Of a DNA stretch of 64,000 nt, positions 27,981 to 36,310 are shown piece by piece. The position numbers and the translations under genes were made by a program. The notes beneath the pieces are model-generated. The model had not been told where the DNA came from, did no database searches, and saw only the letters and a list, made by a program, of their open reading frames with translations. Within the stretch, counting starts at the first letter, position 1. Each line of letters starts with the position of its first letter. The stretch comes from Nitrospiria bacterium (GTDB lineage: Bacteria; Nitrospirota; Nitrospiria; JACQCE01). The DNA lies in assembly GCA_035517195.1 (NCBI GenBank), contig DATIZH010000027.1:3581-67580 (forward strand), in the 5' to 3' direction.

Positions 27981-29009
27981 TCACAATTCTCTGCCAACAG
28001 CCACCGCGATTTTTTTCAATTCCTGCATCATCGCCTGGAATTTGGGCGGCTTGAGCGATTCCTCCCCGTCGGATAACGCGTCTTCCGGATTGGCGTGCAC
28101 TTCGATCATCAACCCGTCGGCGCCCGCGGCGATCGCCGCCTTCGCCATCGGTGCCACCAGCTCCCATTTTCCCGTCGCGTGGCTGGGATCGACGATCACC
28201 GGCAGATGGCTGAGCTTTTTGAGCACGGGCACGGCCGCCAGGTCGAGCGTGTTGCGGGTCTGTGTCTCAAACGTCCGGATCCCGCGCTCGCACAGGATCA
28301 CCCGGTGATTGCCCTCCTTCATGATGTACTCGGCGGCCAGTAGAAATTCCTTGATCGTCGCCGACAGCCCCCGCTTGAGCATGACCGGCTTGTCGGTCTG
28401 CCCCACCTCGGTCAGCAATCGGAAGTTCTGCATGTTCCGCGTGCCGATCTGCAGGATATCGGCGCTGCCGGCGACCAGTTCCACGTCGCGCGTGTCGAGC
28501 ACCTCGGTCACGATCGGCAGTCCCGTCTTTTTCTTCGCCTCGACGAGATGCTCGAGCCCCTCGGAGCCGAGCCCCTGAAAGGTGTGGGGCGAGGTCCGGG
28601 GTTTGAAGGCCCCACCCCGCAGGATCGTCGCGCCGGCCGCGCAGACCGCCTCGGCCACGATCATCAGCCGTTCCAGGCTCTCCACCGCGCAGGGACCGGC
28701 CATGACATGCAAGCGCTTGCCGCCGATTTTGATCCCGGCGCTGGCCGGCCCGACTTCAACCAGCGTATCGTCGTTCTTGAACTCCCGGCTGACCAGTTTA
28801 TAGGGGGAGAGGATCGGCATCACCTTCTCGACGCCTGGGAAGACCGACAGCGGCAGGTTTTGGATGCTCCGCTCGTCCCCGATGACGCCGATGATCGTCC
28901 GCTCCTTCCCCTCCGAGACGTGCGGCGTCAGGCCGCGCTCCTTGATCTTCTGGACGACGTGGTCGATCTCGTCCCTGGTGGCCCCATGCTTGAGCACGAT
29001 AATCATCAC
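27981..29009 (-). CDS. aroF: 3-deoxy-7-phosphoheptulonate (DAHP) synthase, type I-beta with N-terminal regulatory domain
   Basis: 342 aa. N-terminal ferredoxin-like domain [27 protein letters not shown], then the KDO8PS-like barrel ([27 protein letters not shown]). Confidence 0.88.
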   Translation of the reverse strand: MMIIVLKHGATRDEIDHVVQKIKERGLTPHVSEGKERTIIGVIGDERSIQNLPLSVFPGVEKVMPILSPYKLVSREFKNDDTLVEVGPASAGIKIGGKRLHVMAGPCAVESLERLMIVAEAVCAAGATILRGGAFKPRTSPHTFQGLGSEGLEHLVEAKKKTGLPIVTEVLDTRDVELVAGSADILQIGTRNMQNFRLLTEVGQTDKPVMLKRGLSATIKEFLLAAEYIMKEGNHRVILCERGIRTFETQTRNTLDLAAVPVLKKLSHLPVIVDPSHATGKWELVAPMAKAAIAAGADGLMIEVHANPEDALSDGEESLKPPKFQAMMQELKKIAVAVGREL

Positions 29010-29177
29010 ACCCCTCCGTTCACACAGCCCGACTCGATTGTTGAATGAAGAATGTCACAGGAGCTTGCTGCATCACTCTTCGGGCGTTCGCCCTTTGCTT
29101 GTTGGTTGTCGCTCCTCACCTGGTACCCCGCACTGCCCGCTCATCACTTGTCATTGTACCCATCGACTGTTCGCTCT

Positions 29178-30263
29178 TCACGTTCCACTCAGGACTTTAT
29201 TCAAGGCATTCGCAAACCGCTGATTCTCCTCCGGCCGGCCGATGGTGATCCGCAGCCGGCTCCCTTCGATATGCCGGACGATCACGCCCTCACGCAGCAG
29301 CGCCTCGTACAACGCCCTAGCGTCCCGACCCGTTTCAACGTACAAGAAATTGGCCTGGGTCGGGTAGACCGGCCACTTCAATCCGGCGAAGTAGTTCCGA
29401 AGAGAGAGCTTCCCCTCTTCGTTCACCCGGCGGCTTGCGGTTAGGTGCGCTTCGTCCTCCAACGCGGCGGTGGCGGCCAGCTGCGCCAGGCCGTTGGTAT
29501 TGAACGGCTGATGGATCCGGTCGAGGTAGGCGATCAGCTCTCTGCGGGCAATACCGTAGCCGATCCTGAGCGCGGCCAGTCCGTGCAGCTTCGAAAAGGT
29601 CCGCAGGACGATCACCGGCGGACCGGAGCGGAGTAACTCAAGGCTGCGGGGAAAATCGGGCGCGGTGACATAATCGACGTAGGCTTCATCGATCGCCACC
29701 ACGACCGAATCGGGCAGGGCGGCCAGAAAGCGGTTCAGCTCCGCCGCGGTGACCATCGTGCCGGTCGGGTTGTTGGGATTGCAGAGAAAAACTAACCGGG
29801 TCCGCGGCGTCACGGCTGAAGCCATTGCCCGTAAATCGTGCCGGCCGTCCTTCAACGGCACCGTGACGGGCGTCCCGCGCGAAACCGTCACCATCAGCGG
29901 ATAGAGGCTGAAGGTCAGGTCGGCCATCACCGCTTCATCCCCGGCGGTGATGAAGCCGCGGACCAGCAGCTCGATGATCTCGTTGGAGCCGTTGCCGAGG
30001 ATCACCTCGTCCGGCGAAACTTTCAACCGGTCGGCCAGCCTGGCGCGCAGCGCCGTGCCCCGTCCTTCCGGATAGCGGTGCACGCCGGCCAAGGCTCGGC
30101 GCAGCGCCTCGACCGCCTTGGGCGACGGTCCCAGGGGATTCTCGTTGGAAGCGAGCTTGATCGCTTCTTTGATCCCCAGCTCCCGTTCCAGCTCCTCGAT
30201 CGGTTTGCCGGGGATGTAGGAGGCCACGGACAGGATATCGGGCCAGTAGCGAAGCGGAGGCAT
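29178..30263 (-). CDS. hisC: Histidinol-phosphate / aromatic aminotransferase
   Basis: Blocks LASNENPLGPSP, NPNNPTG and RTFSKLHGLAALRIGY (PLP-binding Lys). It sits inside an aromatic amino-acid cluster. Confidence 0.88.
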   Translation of the reverse strand: MPPLRYWPDILSVASYIPGKPIEELERELGIKEAIKLASNENPLGPSPKAVEALRRALAGVHRYPEGRGTALRARLADRLKVSPDEVILGNGSNEIIELLVRGFITAGDEAVMADLTFSLYPLMVTVSRGTPVTVPLKDGRHDLRAMASAVTPRTRLVFLCNPNNPTGTMVTAAELNRFLAALPDSVVVAIDEAYVDYVTAPDFPRSLELLRSGPPVIVLRTFSKLHGLAALRIGYGIARRELIAYLDRIHQPFNTNGLAQLAATAALEDEAHLTASRRVNEEGKLSLRNYFAGLKWPVYPTQANFLYVETGRDARALYEALLREGVIVRHIEGSRLRITIGRPEENQRFANALNKVLSGT

Positions 30264-30266
30264 GCG

Positions 30267-31355
30267 TCAGCCCTCCGTACGCTTGGCTGCGGGATAGGAG
30301 CCGAGAATCTTGAGGAAGAGGCACTGCCCCTTAAGCGCCTCGAGCGCACGGCCGACCGTCGGATCGTCCGCGTGCCCTTCCAGGTCGACGAAGAAGACAT
30401 ATTCCCACGCCTTTTTCTTCGACGGACGCGATTCGATTTTGGTGAGGTTGATCCCGTGCTCGGCGAAGATCCGCAGCATGTCGTAGAGCGCGCCGATGCG
30501 ATCCTTGATCGAGAACATCAGCGACGTCTTGTCGTGGCCGCTTTGGGGAGTCGACTGGAGGCCGATCACCAGGAACCGGGTGAAGTTGTTCGGATTGTCC
30601 TCGATCCGCCGCTTGACCACCTGCAGGCCGTACATGCGCGCGGCCAGTTCGGAGGCGATGGCCGCCGCCGCCGGCTCTTCCTTGCAGAGTTCGGCCGCCC
30701 GGGCCGTGCTGTAGACCTCGCGCGCCGGCACGCCGGGCAGGTTGGCCTCCAGCCAGCCGCGACACTGGGCGATGGCGTGAGGGTGGGAATAGACCCGCTT
30801 GATCTTGTCCATCTTGCCGCTCTGCGACAGCAGGTGGTGGGTCACCTCCTGCAGCACCTCGCCCGAGATCTTCAACGGCGAATCGATGAACATGTCGATC
30901 GTGTGGTTGACGACCCCTTCGGTTGAATTCTCGATCGGCACGACGCCGTACTGGGCGCGCCCCCGCTCCACCTCGTTAAACACTTCTTTAATGCTCCCGA
31001 CGGGGACGTAGCCGGTCGACAGGCCGAAGTGCTGCATGCAGGCCATGTGGGTGAAGGTGGCCGGCGGCCCCAGATAGGCGACCTGCAGCGGCGCTTCCAA
31101 CGAACGCGAGGCGGAGATGATTTCGCGAAAGACGAGCGCCACCCCCTCCTGGGGGAAGTGGGCGCCCAGCTCCTTGTTCAGCCGCTCCAGCCGGTCGTAG
31201 ATCTCCCGCTCCCGCTCCGGGGCGAGCGGCTGCACTTGCTTGTCCGCCTTCAGCTTGCCGATCTGCCTGACGATCTTGGCCCGCTGATTCAGCAGCTTGA
31301 GCAGTTGTTCGTCGATCTTGTCGATTTTATGCCGTAATTCGGCCAGAGTACTCAT
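30267..31355 (-). CDS. pheA: Bifunctional chorismate mutase / prephenate dehydratase (P-protein)
   Basis: N-terminal chorismate mutase helix (LRHKIDKIDEQLLKLLNQRA), a PDT domain (YLGPPATFTH, NFTRFLVIG) and an ACT domain (ESRPS). Confidence 0.93.
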   Translation of the reverse strand: MSTLAELRHKIDKIDEQLLKLLNQRAKIVRQIGKLKADKQVQPLAPEREREIYDRLERLNKELGAHFPQEGVALVFREIISASRSLEAPLQVAYLGPPATFTHMACMQHFGLSTGYVPVGSIKEVFNEVERGRAQYGVVPIENSTEGVVNHTIDMFIDSPLKISGEVLQEVTHHLLSQSGKMDKIKRVYSHPHAIAQCRGWLEANLPGVPAREVYSTARAAELCKEEPAAAAIASELAARMYGLQVVKRRIEDNPNNFTRFLVIGLQSTPQSGHDKTSLMFSIKDRIGALYDMLRIFAEHGINLTKIESRPSKKKAWEYVFFVDLEGHADDPTVGRALEALKGQCLFLKILGSYPAAKRTEG

Positions 31356-31433
31356 TATCCCCTCTATTCGGCAAGCTACCTATTGTATACAACTCGTCGA
31401 CGGTCTTCAACAGCGGCCAGGGAGGGGGATGGC

Positions 31434-31574
31434 GCCTCACCCCAGGCCCATTCTTCGGCACGGAGTCGGCTGCGGTTACGGTCCTCGCCGCTCCTCGGCT
31501 CTCGGCCCTCGCATCATAGGAGCCATGGAAGCGAGGGCTTCCGTGACGGCCTCATAATGGGCCTGGGGTGAGGC
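31434..31574 (+). repeat. Structured 141-nt repeat, copy 1 (left boundary of the TA islet)
   Basis: 17-bp perfect closing stem GCCTCACCCCAGGCCCA (31434-31450) with TGGGCCTGGGGTGAGGC (31558-31574). 44-nt core at 31451-31494. Internal 7-bp hairpin GCCCTCG...CGAGGGC (31505-31538). Confidence 0.85.
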
Positions 31575-31611
31575 TTATATTGGGTAAACAGAAAATGTGG
31601 AGACAATTGAA

Positions 31612-31693
31612 CCTCATGGGTCGGCCGCTCCGGGATCGAAACCAGCTGAAGGAGCGGCCTCCGAGAGGGCTTCGTCACCGGCCTAGTGTGAGG
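31612..31693 (+). repeat. Truncated or diverged copy of the same structured repeat
   Basis: 9-bp perfect hairpin GGCCGCTCC...GGAGGGCC-type pairing, GGCCGCTCC (31623-31631) with GGAGCGGCC (31651-31659). The tail CCGAGAGGGCTTCGTCACCGGCCTAGTGTGAGGC aligns with the 3' half of copy 1. Confidence 0.65.
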
Positions 31694-31740
31694 CGGATTG
31701 TATGGGAGGATGACTTAAACTGCCTAGAGCAATAGGCTAA

Positions 31741-32059
31741 TTAGGCATGCATTTTCTTACTCGCTAATTTGCTTAAATATGGTTTCAACAATTTAACAGA
31801 TTTAATTTGATGTAAATGCTCTAGAAAGCAGGTGGAAATTGCATTTTCCAGTTCATCATCATTGACAACAGACTTATTTATGAAGTCAGCCAACTTCTCA
31901 AGCTGCTTTTTACTAAAACTCTCTTTCTCTGTGCCAAAGTATGGGGTGAAATTAAAAAACTTCGTGAAAAGTTAGATCTTCCTTATCATCTTCCCATTCC
32001 TCCTGAAACGATGGGAAGATATCAAATAAAAGCCGAAGCACTTCTGGAGCTGAGATCAT
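31741..32059 (-). pseudogene. Frameshifted low-GC gene of unknown function
   Basis: My hand translation gives MISAPEVLRLLFDIFPSFQEEWEDDKEDLTFHEVF*. After a -1/+1 shift at a poly-T run (about 31951-31960) it continues ...FNFTPYFGTEKESFSKKQLEKLADFINKSVVNDDELENAISTCFLEHLHQIKSVKLLKPYLSKLASKKMHA*. Neither half reaches the length cutoff of the ORF track. Confidence 0.55.
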
Positions 32060-32119
32060 ACAGCTGGGGGCAGGTCTTGCATTCAAGCAACTCGATTATT
32101 TTTTGTGGACGAGGGAATG

Positions 32120-32398
32120 TCAGGCCACCATTTTGATCGCCTTTCCCTCGTATTCGGGAAACATGATGATGGCGGGATGGATGCCGAAGGCTTTGGCCAG
32201 CTGCTCGGCTCGCTTTTTGCCGATGTCCACCCTGTCGTTTTCCAGCAGACTGATATTGGTTGGACTGATCCCGCAGCGTTCGGCCAGCTCGGCCTGAGTC
32301 CAGCCTTTCAGCTCGCGCAACATGCCGATAACTTCCCCCGTGGTCATCGCAATATGCGGTTTCGCCGGAACGAAATCGGCCTTGACTCGTGAGCCCAT
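32120..32398 (-). CDS. XRE-family HTH antitoxin (HigA-like)
   Basis: 92 aa with HTH segment LRELKGWTQAELAERCGISPTNISLLENDRVDIGKKRAEQLAKAFG. It starts 9 nt after the toxin stop, with GGAG overlapping the TAG. Confidence 0.85.
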   Translation of the reverse strand: MGSRVKADFVPAKPHIAMTTGEVIGMLRELKGWTQAELAERCGISPTNISLLENDRVDIGKKRAEQLAKAFGIHPAIIMFPEYEGKAIKMVA

Positions 32399-32407
32399 GT
32401 TCTTCTC

Positions 32408-32680
32408 CTAATAGTTGTGGGGCGTGATTTCCAACACAAACACTGTCACGGTATCGCGTTCCACCGCATAGATCACACGATACTGCAAGCTCAATCGCGA
32501 TGACCGTTGTCCGGCACGCTCACCCTTCAATTTTTCATCATGGAAACCGGGAAATTCTTTGAGCTTCTCAGGCCCGTGCCGGAAAACGATGTCCTTCCAC
32601 AGCTCATATTTCTTGGCGACCGCCTCAGGGAGCTTTCGACATGTCTTTGCAATGTCGCGGTGCTCCTGAATATGCCACAT
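32408..32680 (-). CDS. RelE/ParE-superfamily type II toxin (HigB-like: toxin gene precedes antitoxin gene)
   Basis: 90 aa. C-terminal pattern KLKGERAGQRSSRLSLQYRVIYAVERDTVTVFVLEITPHNY is typical of RelE/ParE-fold toxins. Confidence 0.85.
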   Translation of the reverse strand: MWHIQEHRDIAKTCRKLPEAVAKKYELWKDIVFRHGPEKLKEFPGFHDEKLKGERAGQRSSRLSLQYRVIYAVERDTVTVFVLEITPHNY

Positions 32681-32688
32681 TATTAATT

Positions 32689-32717
32689 ATAATAAGCTAT
32701 TAATCCTCATAAGTCAA
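32689..32717 (-). promoter_or_regulatory. Candidate sigma70 promoter for the TA pair (near-leaderless)
   Basis: Minus strand reads TTGACT (32717-32712), a 17-nt spacer, TATTAT (32694-32689), 8 nt, then ATG. The -10 region lies in the AT-rich near-palindrome TTATTATAATTAATAA, a plausible autoregulation operator. Confidence 0.5.
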
Positions 32718-32735
32718 ACATTCCCAATCCCTTCG

Positions 32736-32882
32736 GCCTCGGACCCGGGGGCGGTGACGAGCGTCCTCTCGCGGGCTGCCACCTCAATGGCGATAATCAA
32801 TGTGGCAGCCGAGGGCGGAGGAGCGGCGAGGACCGTAACCGCAGCCGACTCCGTGCCGAGGAATCCGCCTCCGGGGCGAGGC
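32736..32882 (-). repeat. Structured repeat, copy 3, inverted (right boundary of the TA islet)
   Basis: The core at 32820-32863 is the reverse complement of 31451-31494 with 43 of 44 identities. Internal 9-bp perfect hairpin GGCTGCCAC (32774-32782) with GTGGCAGCC (32802-32810). Imperfect outer stem GCCTCGGACCCGGGGGCGG with CCGCCTCCGGGGCGAGGC. Confidence 0.85.
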
Positions 32883-32906
32883 TCCAACAACACCTAGTGT
32901 AATTAT

Positions 32907-34019
32907 CTATGCCGAAAACAACGACGACTGCGGGCGGGAATCGGATGGCGGAGGGCCGCCTTCCGGCGGCGAGGTGCGGGACAGCGGCTGCTGGCGGCCG
33001 AAATGGAGGTAGGCGGCGGCCGTTGCCTGACGGCCCCGCGGCGTGCGGTCGAGAAAACCGCGCTGAATGAGAAACGGCTCGTAGACGTCTTCGATCGTTT
33101 CGGCCTCCTCGCTGATGGCGGCGGCGAGCGTTTCCAACCCCACCGGCCCGCCGCCGAATTTTTCGATCAGCGCGAGCAGCAGCGTCCGGTCCATCGTGTC
33201 GAACCCGGCCTGATCGATCTCCATCATCGAGAGCGCTTCCTGCGCGACCGGCGCCGTCACTTTGCCGCCGGCCCGCACCTGGGCGAAGTCGCGCACACGG
33301 CGCAGGAGCCGGTTGGCAATTCTCGGTGTCCCCCGCGACCGGCGGGCCAGCTCGGCAGCGCCGCCCGGCTCGATCTCCACCCTCAGCAGGCGGGCCGACC
33401 GGGTGATGATCCGTTGCAATTCCTCTTCAGTATAAAACTGCAGCCGGGCGATCACGCCGAACCGCTCCCTGAGCGGCGAGGTGAGCAGCCCCGCGCGGGT
33501 CGTCGCGCCGACGAGCGTGAACCGCGGCAGGTCGAGCTTGATCGACCGGGCCGACGGGCCCTGGCCGATGACGATATCGAGCTGAAAATCCTCCATCGCC
33601 GGGTAGAGCACTTCCTCCACCACCGGGTGGAGGCGGTGGATCTCGTCAATGAAAAAAACATCCCGCTCGCCGAGATTGCTCAGGATGGCGGCCAGATCGC
33701 CCGGATGCTCGAGCGCCGGCCCGGAGGTGGCCTTGATCTGCACGCCCAGCTCTTTCGCAATGATGTGGGCCAGCGTCGTTTTGCCCAGGCCGGGCGGGCC
33801 GTAGAAGATGACGTGATCGAGCACGTCCCCCCGTTGCCGGGCGGCCTCGATATAGACTTTCAGATTCTCCTTGATCTTCTCCTGGCCGACGTATTCCTCC
33901 AGCGAGAGCGGCCGCAGGCTCGACTCATACGCCCGCTCGTCGTCGGCGAGGCCGGGTGTCACGATTCGTCCGGAGACCTCGGCTTCATGACCCTGAGCTT
34001 TACTCTCTTTGCCTTCCAT
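32907..34019 (-). CDS. ruvB: Holliday junction branch migration helicase RuvB
   Basis: Walker [12 protein letters not shown], Walker B FIDEIHRL, and the typical C-terminal block [14 protein letters not shown]. Confidence 0.95.
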   Translation of the reverse strand: MEGKESKAQGHEAEVSGRIVTPGLADDERAYESSLRPLSLEEYVGQEKIKENLKVYIEAARQRGDVLDHVIFYGPPGLGKTTLAHIIAKELGVQIKATSGPALEHPGDLAAILSNLGERDVFFIDEIHRLHPVVEEVLYPAMEDFQLDIVIGQGPSARSIKLDLPRFTLVGATTRAGLLTSPLRERFGVIARLQFYTEEELQRIITRSARLLRVEIEPGGAAELARRSRGTPRIANRLLRRVRDFAQVRAGGKVTAPVAQEALSMMEIDQAGFDTMDRTLLLALIEKFGGGPVGLETLAAAISEEAETIEDVYEPFLIQRGFLDRTPRGRQATAAAYLHFGRQQPLSRTSPPEGGPPPSDSRPQSSLFSA

Positions 34020-34023
34020 TTAA

Positions 34024-34166
34024 TCCGCTCGTGCTGCGCACTCGCTCTTTCGGGGGAAGACGCTATCTCCCCCCGATGCCCCCCATTAATTGGTTGACTC
34101 GTGACATACACCAGACCTGTACGCGTTATTTTCCTTCACCCTTCATCCCTTACCCTTTACCCTTTT
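34024..34166 (-). repeat. Composite repeat Q of about 140 bp, filling the ruvA-ruvB spacer
   Basis: Its reverse complement, GTAAAAGGGTAAAGGGTAAGGGATGAAGGGTGAAGG..ATAACGCGTACAGGTCTGGTGTAT..GAGTCAA..AATGGGGGGCATCGGGGGGAGATAGCGTCTTCCCCCGA..GAGCGAGTGCGCAGCACGAGCGG, aligns with 38226-38357. Confidence 0.85.
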
Positions 34167-34773
34167 ACTTCGACAAGACCTTCAACGACTCTCTCAACAA
34201 TCCCTCGACGGTGAAGGCCTGCACGTTCGCGGGCGACTCCCGCCAGATCCGGCGGACCGCCTCGCGCGCCGACTGGCGCTGGTAGCCCAGGTTGGTCAGC
34301 GCCGACACGACATCGCGCTGGACCTGTTCGTCGCCGGTCGCCGTCTCGTCATGGCCGTTTTCATCGATAAAGGCCAGCACCTTCTCCTTCAGCTCCAGGA
34401 CCAGGCGCGCCGCCGTCTTCGGGCCGATGCCGGGCACGCCGGAGAGCCGCGCCTGATCACCCCGGTGGATCGCGCCGGCCAGATCGGCCACCGACAATCC
34501 GGACAGCAACCCCAATGCCACCTTCGGCCCAACGCCGTTCACGCCCAGCAACAACAGGAAACAGTCCTTCTCAGATCGTGTGACGAAGCCGAAGAGCTGA
34601 ATGGCGTCCTCCCGCACGTGCGTGTGGATCTGCAGCGTGAGTGAGGAACCGGTATCGGGCAATTGATAGAAAGTCGACAGCGGCACGATGACCTCGTATC
34701 CGACACCCTGCACCGAGAGTGTCAATCGATGAGGAAGTTTTTCGGTCAGTGTCCCGGACAGCGCGGCAATCAT
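34165..34773 (-). CDS. ruvA: Holliday junction DNA helicase RuvA
   Basis: 202 aa: MIAALSGTL..., HhH motifs (LLGVNGVGPKVAL, LSGVPGIGPKTAARL) and a C-terminal domain III. Confidence 0.93.
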   Translation of the reverse strand: MIAALSGTLTEKLPHRLTLSVQGVGYEVIVPLSTFYQLPDTGSSLTLQIHTHVREDAIQLFGFVTRSEKDCFLLLLGVNGVGPKVALGLLSGLSVADLAGAIHRGDQARLSGVPGIGPKTAARLVLELKEKVLAFIDENGHDETATGDEQVQRDVVSALTNLGYQRQSAREAVRRIWRESPANVQAFTVEGLLRESLKVLSK

Positions 34774-35327
34774 GGGCCACCAGGCGTTCCGGTCGCCGCC
34801 GCACGGGCGATCCGTGTCTCGGTCGCTGGCCGCCGGCCGTCGGCGGGCAACGAATGCAGATGACAGATCGCCACGGCCAGCGCGTCGGCCGCATGATGGG
34901 ATGTGGGCGGCTCGGCCAGCCGCAACAATCGCGCCGTCATCTGGCCAATCTGGAATTTTTCGGCCCGGCCGTAGCCGGTCAGGGCGAGCTTGATGGTGGA
35001 GGGCGGATAGATCGCCGACGGCAGACCGGCCAGCTCCGCCGCCAGCAACGCGATGCCTTCAGCCTGGCCCAGCTTGAGCGCCGTCTGGATGTTTTTGTCG
35101 ACGAACGGCTCCTCCACGGCGACGCAATCGGGCTGATGCCGGACGATCAATGCGGCCAGTTCCTGAAAGATGGTCCGCAGCCTGATTTGGAGCGGCTGTT
35201 TACGCCCGCCGTTGATCTCCCCAGCGGCGATACAGATCAACGCGGTTCGTCGGACACGATCGGCGGTATGTTCGACCACACCATACCCTGCAACCACGGT
35301 CCCCGGATCAATCCCCAGAACTCTCAT
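34770..35327 (-). CDS. ruvC: Crossover junction endodeoxyribonuclease RuvC
   Basis: MRVLGIDPG start and ...ADALAVAICH near the C-terminus. The stop overlaps the ruvA start as ATGA. Confidence 0.92.
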   Translation of the reverse strand: MRVLGIDPGTVVAGYGVVEHTADRVRRTALICIAAGEINGGRKQPLQIRLRTIFQELAALIVRHQPDCVAVEEPFVDKNIQTALKLGQAEGIALLAAELAGLPSAIYPPSTIKLALTGYGRAEKFQIGQMTARLLRLAEPPTSHHAADALAVAICHLHSLPADGRRPATETRIARAAATGTPGGP

Positions 35328-35425
35328 TGAACGTGGGGACTGGTTGCGCCAATGATGGGGAAAGATTTGAAATCTGTCCCCATCCGGCCTCTTGGTTGCC
35401 AGCTGGCCGTGTATCTCCCTCGCGC

Positions 35426-36178
35426 TTATCCCGCTGCCACTTGCTCCATCACTTCATCCGCGATATCAAAATTGGCCCAGACCTTCTGGACGTCATCGTG
35501 ATCCTCCAGCGCCTCCATCAGGTGGACCATCTGCTCGGCGTCCTTCCCTTCGAGCTTGACCGAATTTTTCGGAATCATTGACATCTCGGACAGAATCGTG
35601 GGAATCGATTGCTGCTCCAGGGCGCGCTTGACCGCCTCGAACGCGCTCAATTCGGAGATCACCTCGTACCGGTTGCCGTCGATCCGCAGATCCTCGCCGC
35701 CGGCCTCCAGCACCAGGTTCATCAGCTTTTCCTCGTCCGCCTTCGACCGGTCGACCACGATGTAGCCCTTCTTCTCGAACATCCAGCCGACACAGCCCGC
35801 CTCTCCCAGACTGCCGCCGTATTTGGCCACCAGATGGCGGATCTCCGGCAGCGTCCGGTTGCGGTTGTCGGTCATGCATTCGATCATCATCGCCACGCCG
35901 CCTGGGCCGAACCCCTCGTAGGCGATCTCCTCGATCGTCTGGCCGGGCAGCTCGCCGGTGCCCTTTTGGATCGCCCGCTTGATGTTGTCCTGGGGCATGT
36001 TCTGCTCCTTGGCCTTGATGATGGCCAGGCGCAATCTGGGGTTGCCGTTCGGATCGCCGCCGCCCATCCGTGCCGCCACGGTGATTTCGCGGATGATCTT
36101 GGTGAAAATCTTGCCCCGTTTGGCGTCCACCGCCATCTTGTGGCGCTTGGTGGTCGCCCAGTGTGAATGACCGCCCAT
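35426..36178 (-). CDS. yebC: YebC/PmpR-family DNA-binding transcriptional regulator
   Basis: 250 aa: [37 protein letters not shown]..., matching the family along its full length. The usual position upstream of ruvCAB is conserved. Confidence 0.92.
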   Translation of the reverse strand: MGGHSHWATTKRHKMAVDAKRGKIFTKIIREITVAARMGGGDPNGNPRLRLAIIKAKEQNMPQDNIKRAIQKGTGELPGQTIEEIAYEGFGPGGVAMMIECMTDNRNRTLPEIRHLVAKYGGSLGEAGCVGWMFEKKGYIVVDRSKADEEKLMNLVLEAGGEDLRIDGNRYEVISELSAFEAVKRALEQQSIPTILSEMSMIPKNSVKLEGKDAEQMVHLMEALEDHDDVQKVWANFDIADEVMEQVAAG

Positions 36179-36310
36179 GGTTGCTCCTTACGGAAGAGTC
36201 CGTCCTGCTGACGGCAGTTGTATCATAGACGATAAAATGGAGTCAAATGACGGCCGCGCGGCGGCGTGACGATCGGCAGGCGGACTCACGCGATGCTTCG
36301 CAGTCGGCGC

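Noticed and set aside
31621-31660. tRNA-like T-arm (GGGATCGAAACC) in the spacer next to pheA.
   Set aside because: No acceptor, D or anticodon arms can be drawn around it. It is the loop of the 9-bp hairpin belonging to repeat copy 2.
31434-32882. Integron gene cassette with attC sites flanking the TA pair.
   Set aside because: The flanking elements lack the R''/R' core sites (RYYYAAC ... GTTRRRY). No intI gene or attI site is in the window. The two copies are in inverted rather than direct orientation.
35345-35385. Hairpin GGGGAAAGATTTGAAATCTGTCCCC between yebC and ruvC, considered as an intrinsic terminator.
   Set aside because: The stem is short and imperfect with no following U-run on the minus strand. 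It is kept only as a degenerate relative of the 42404-42470 motif.
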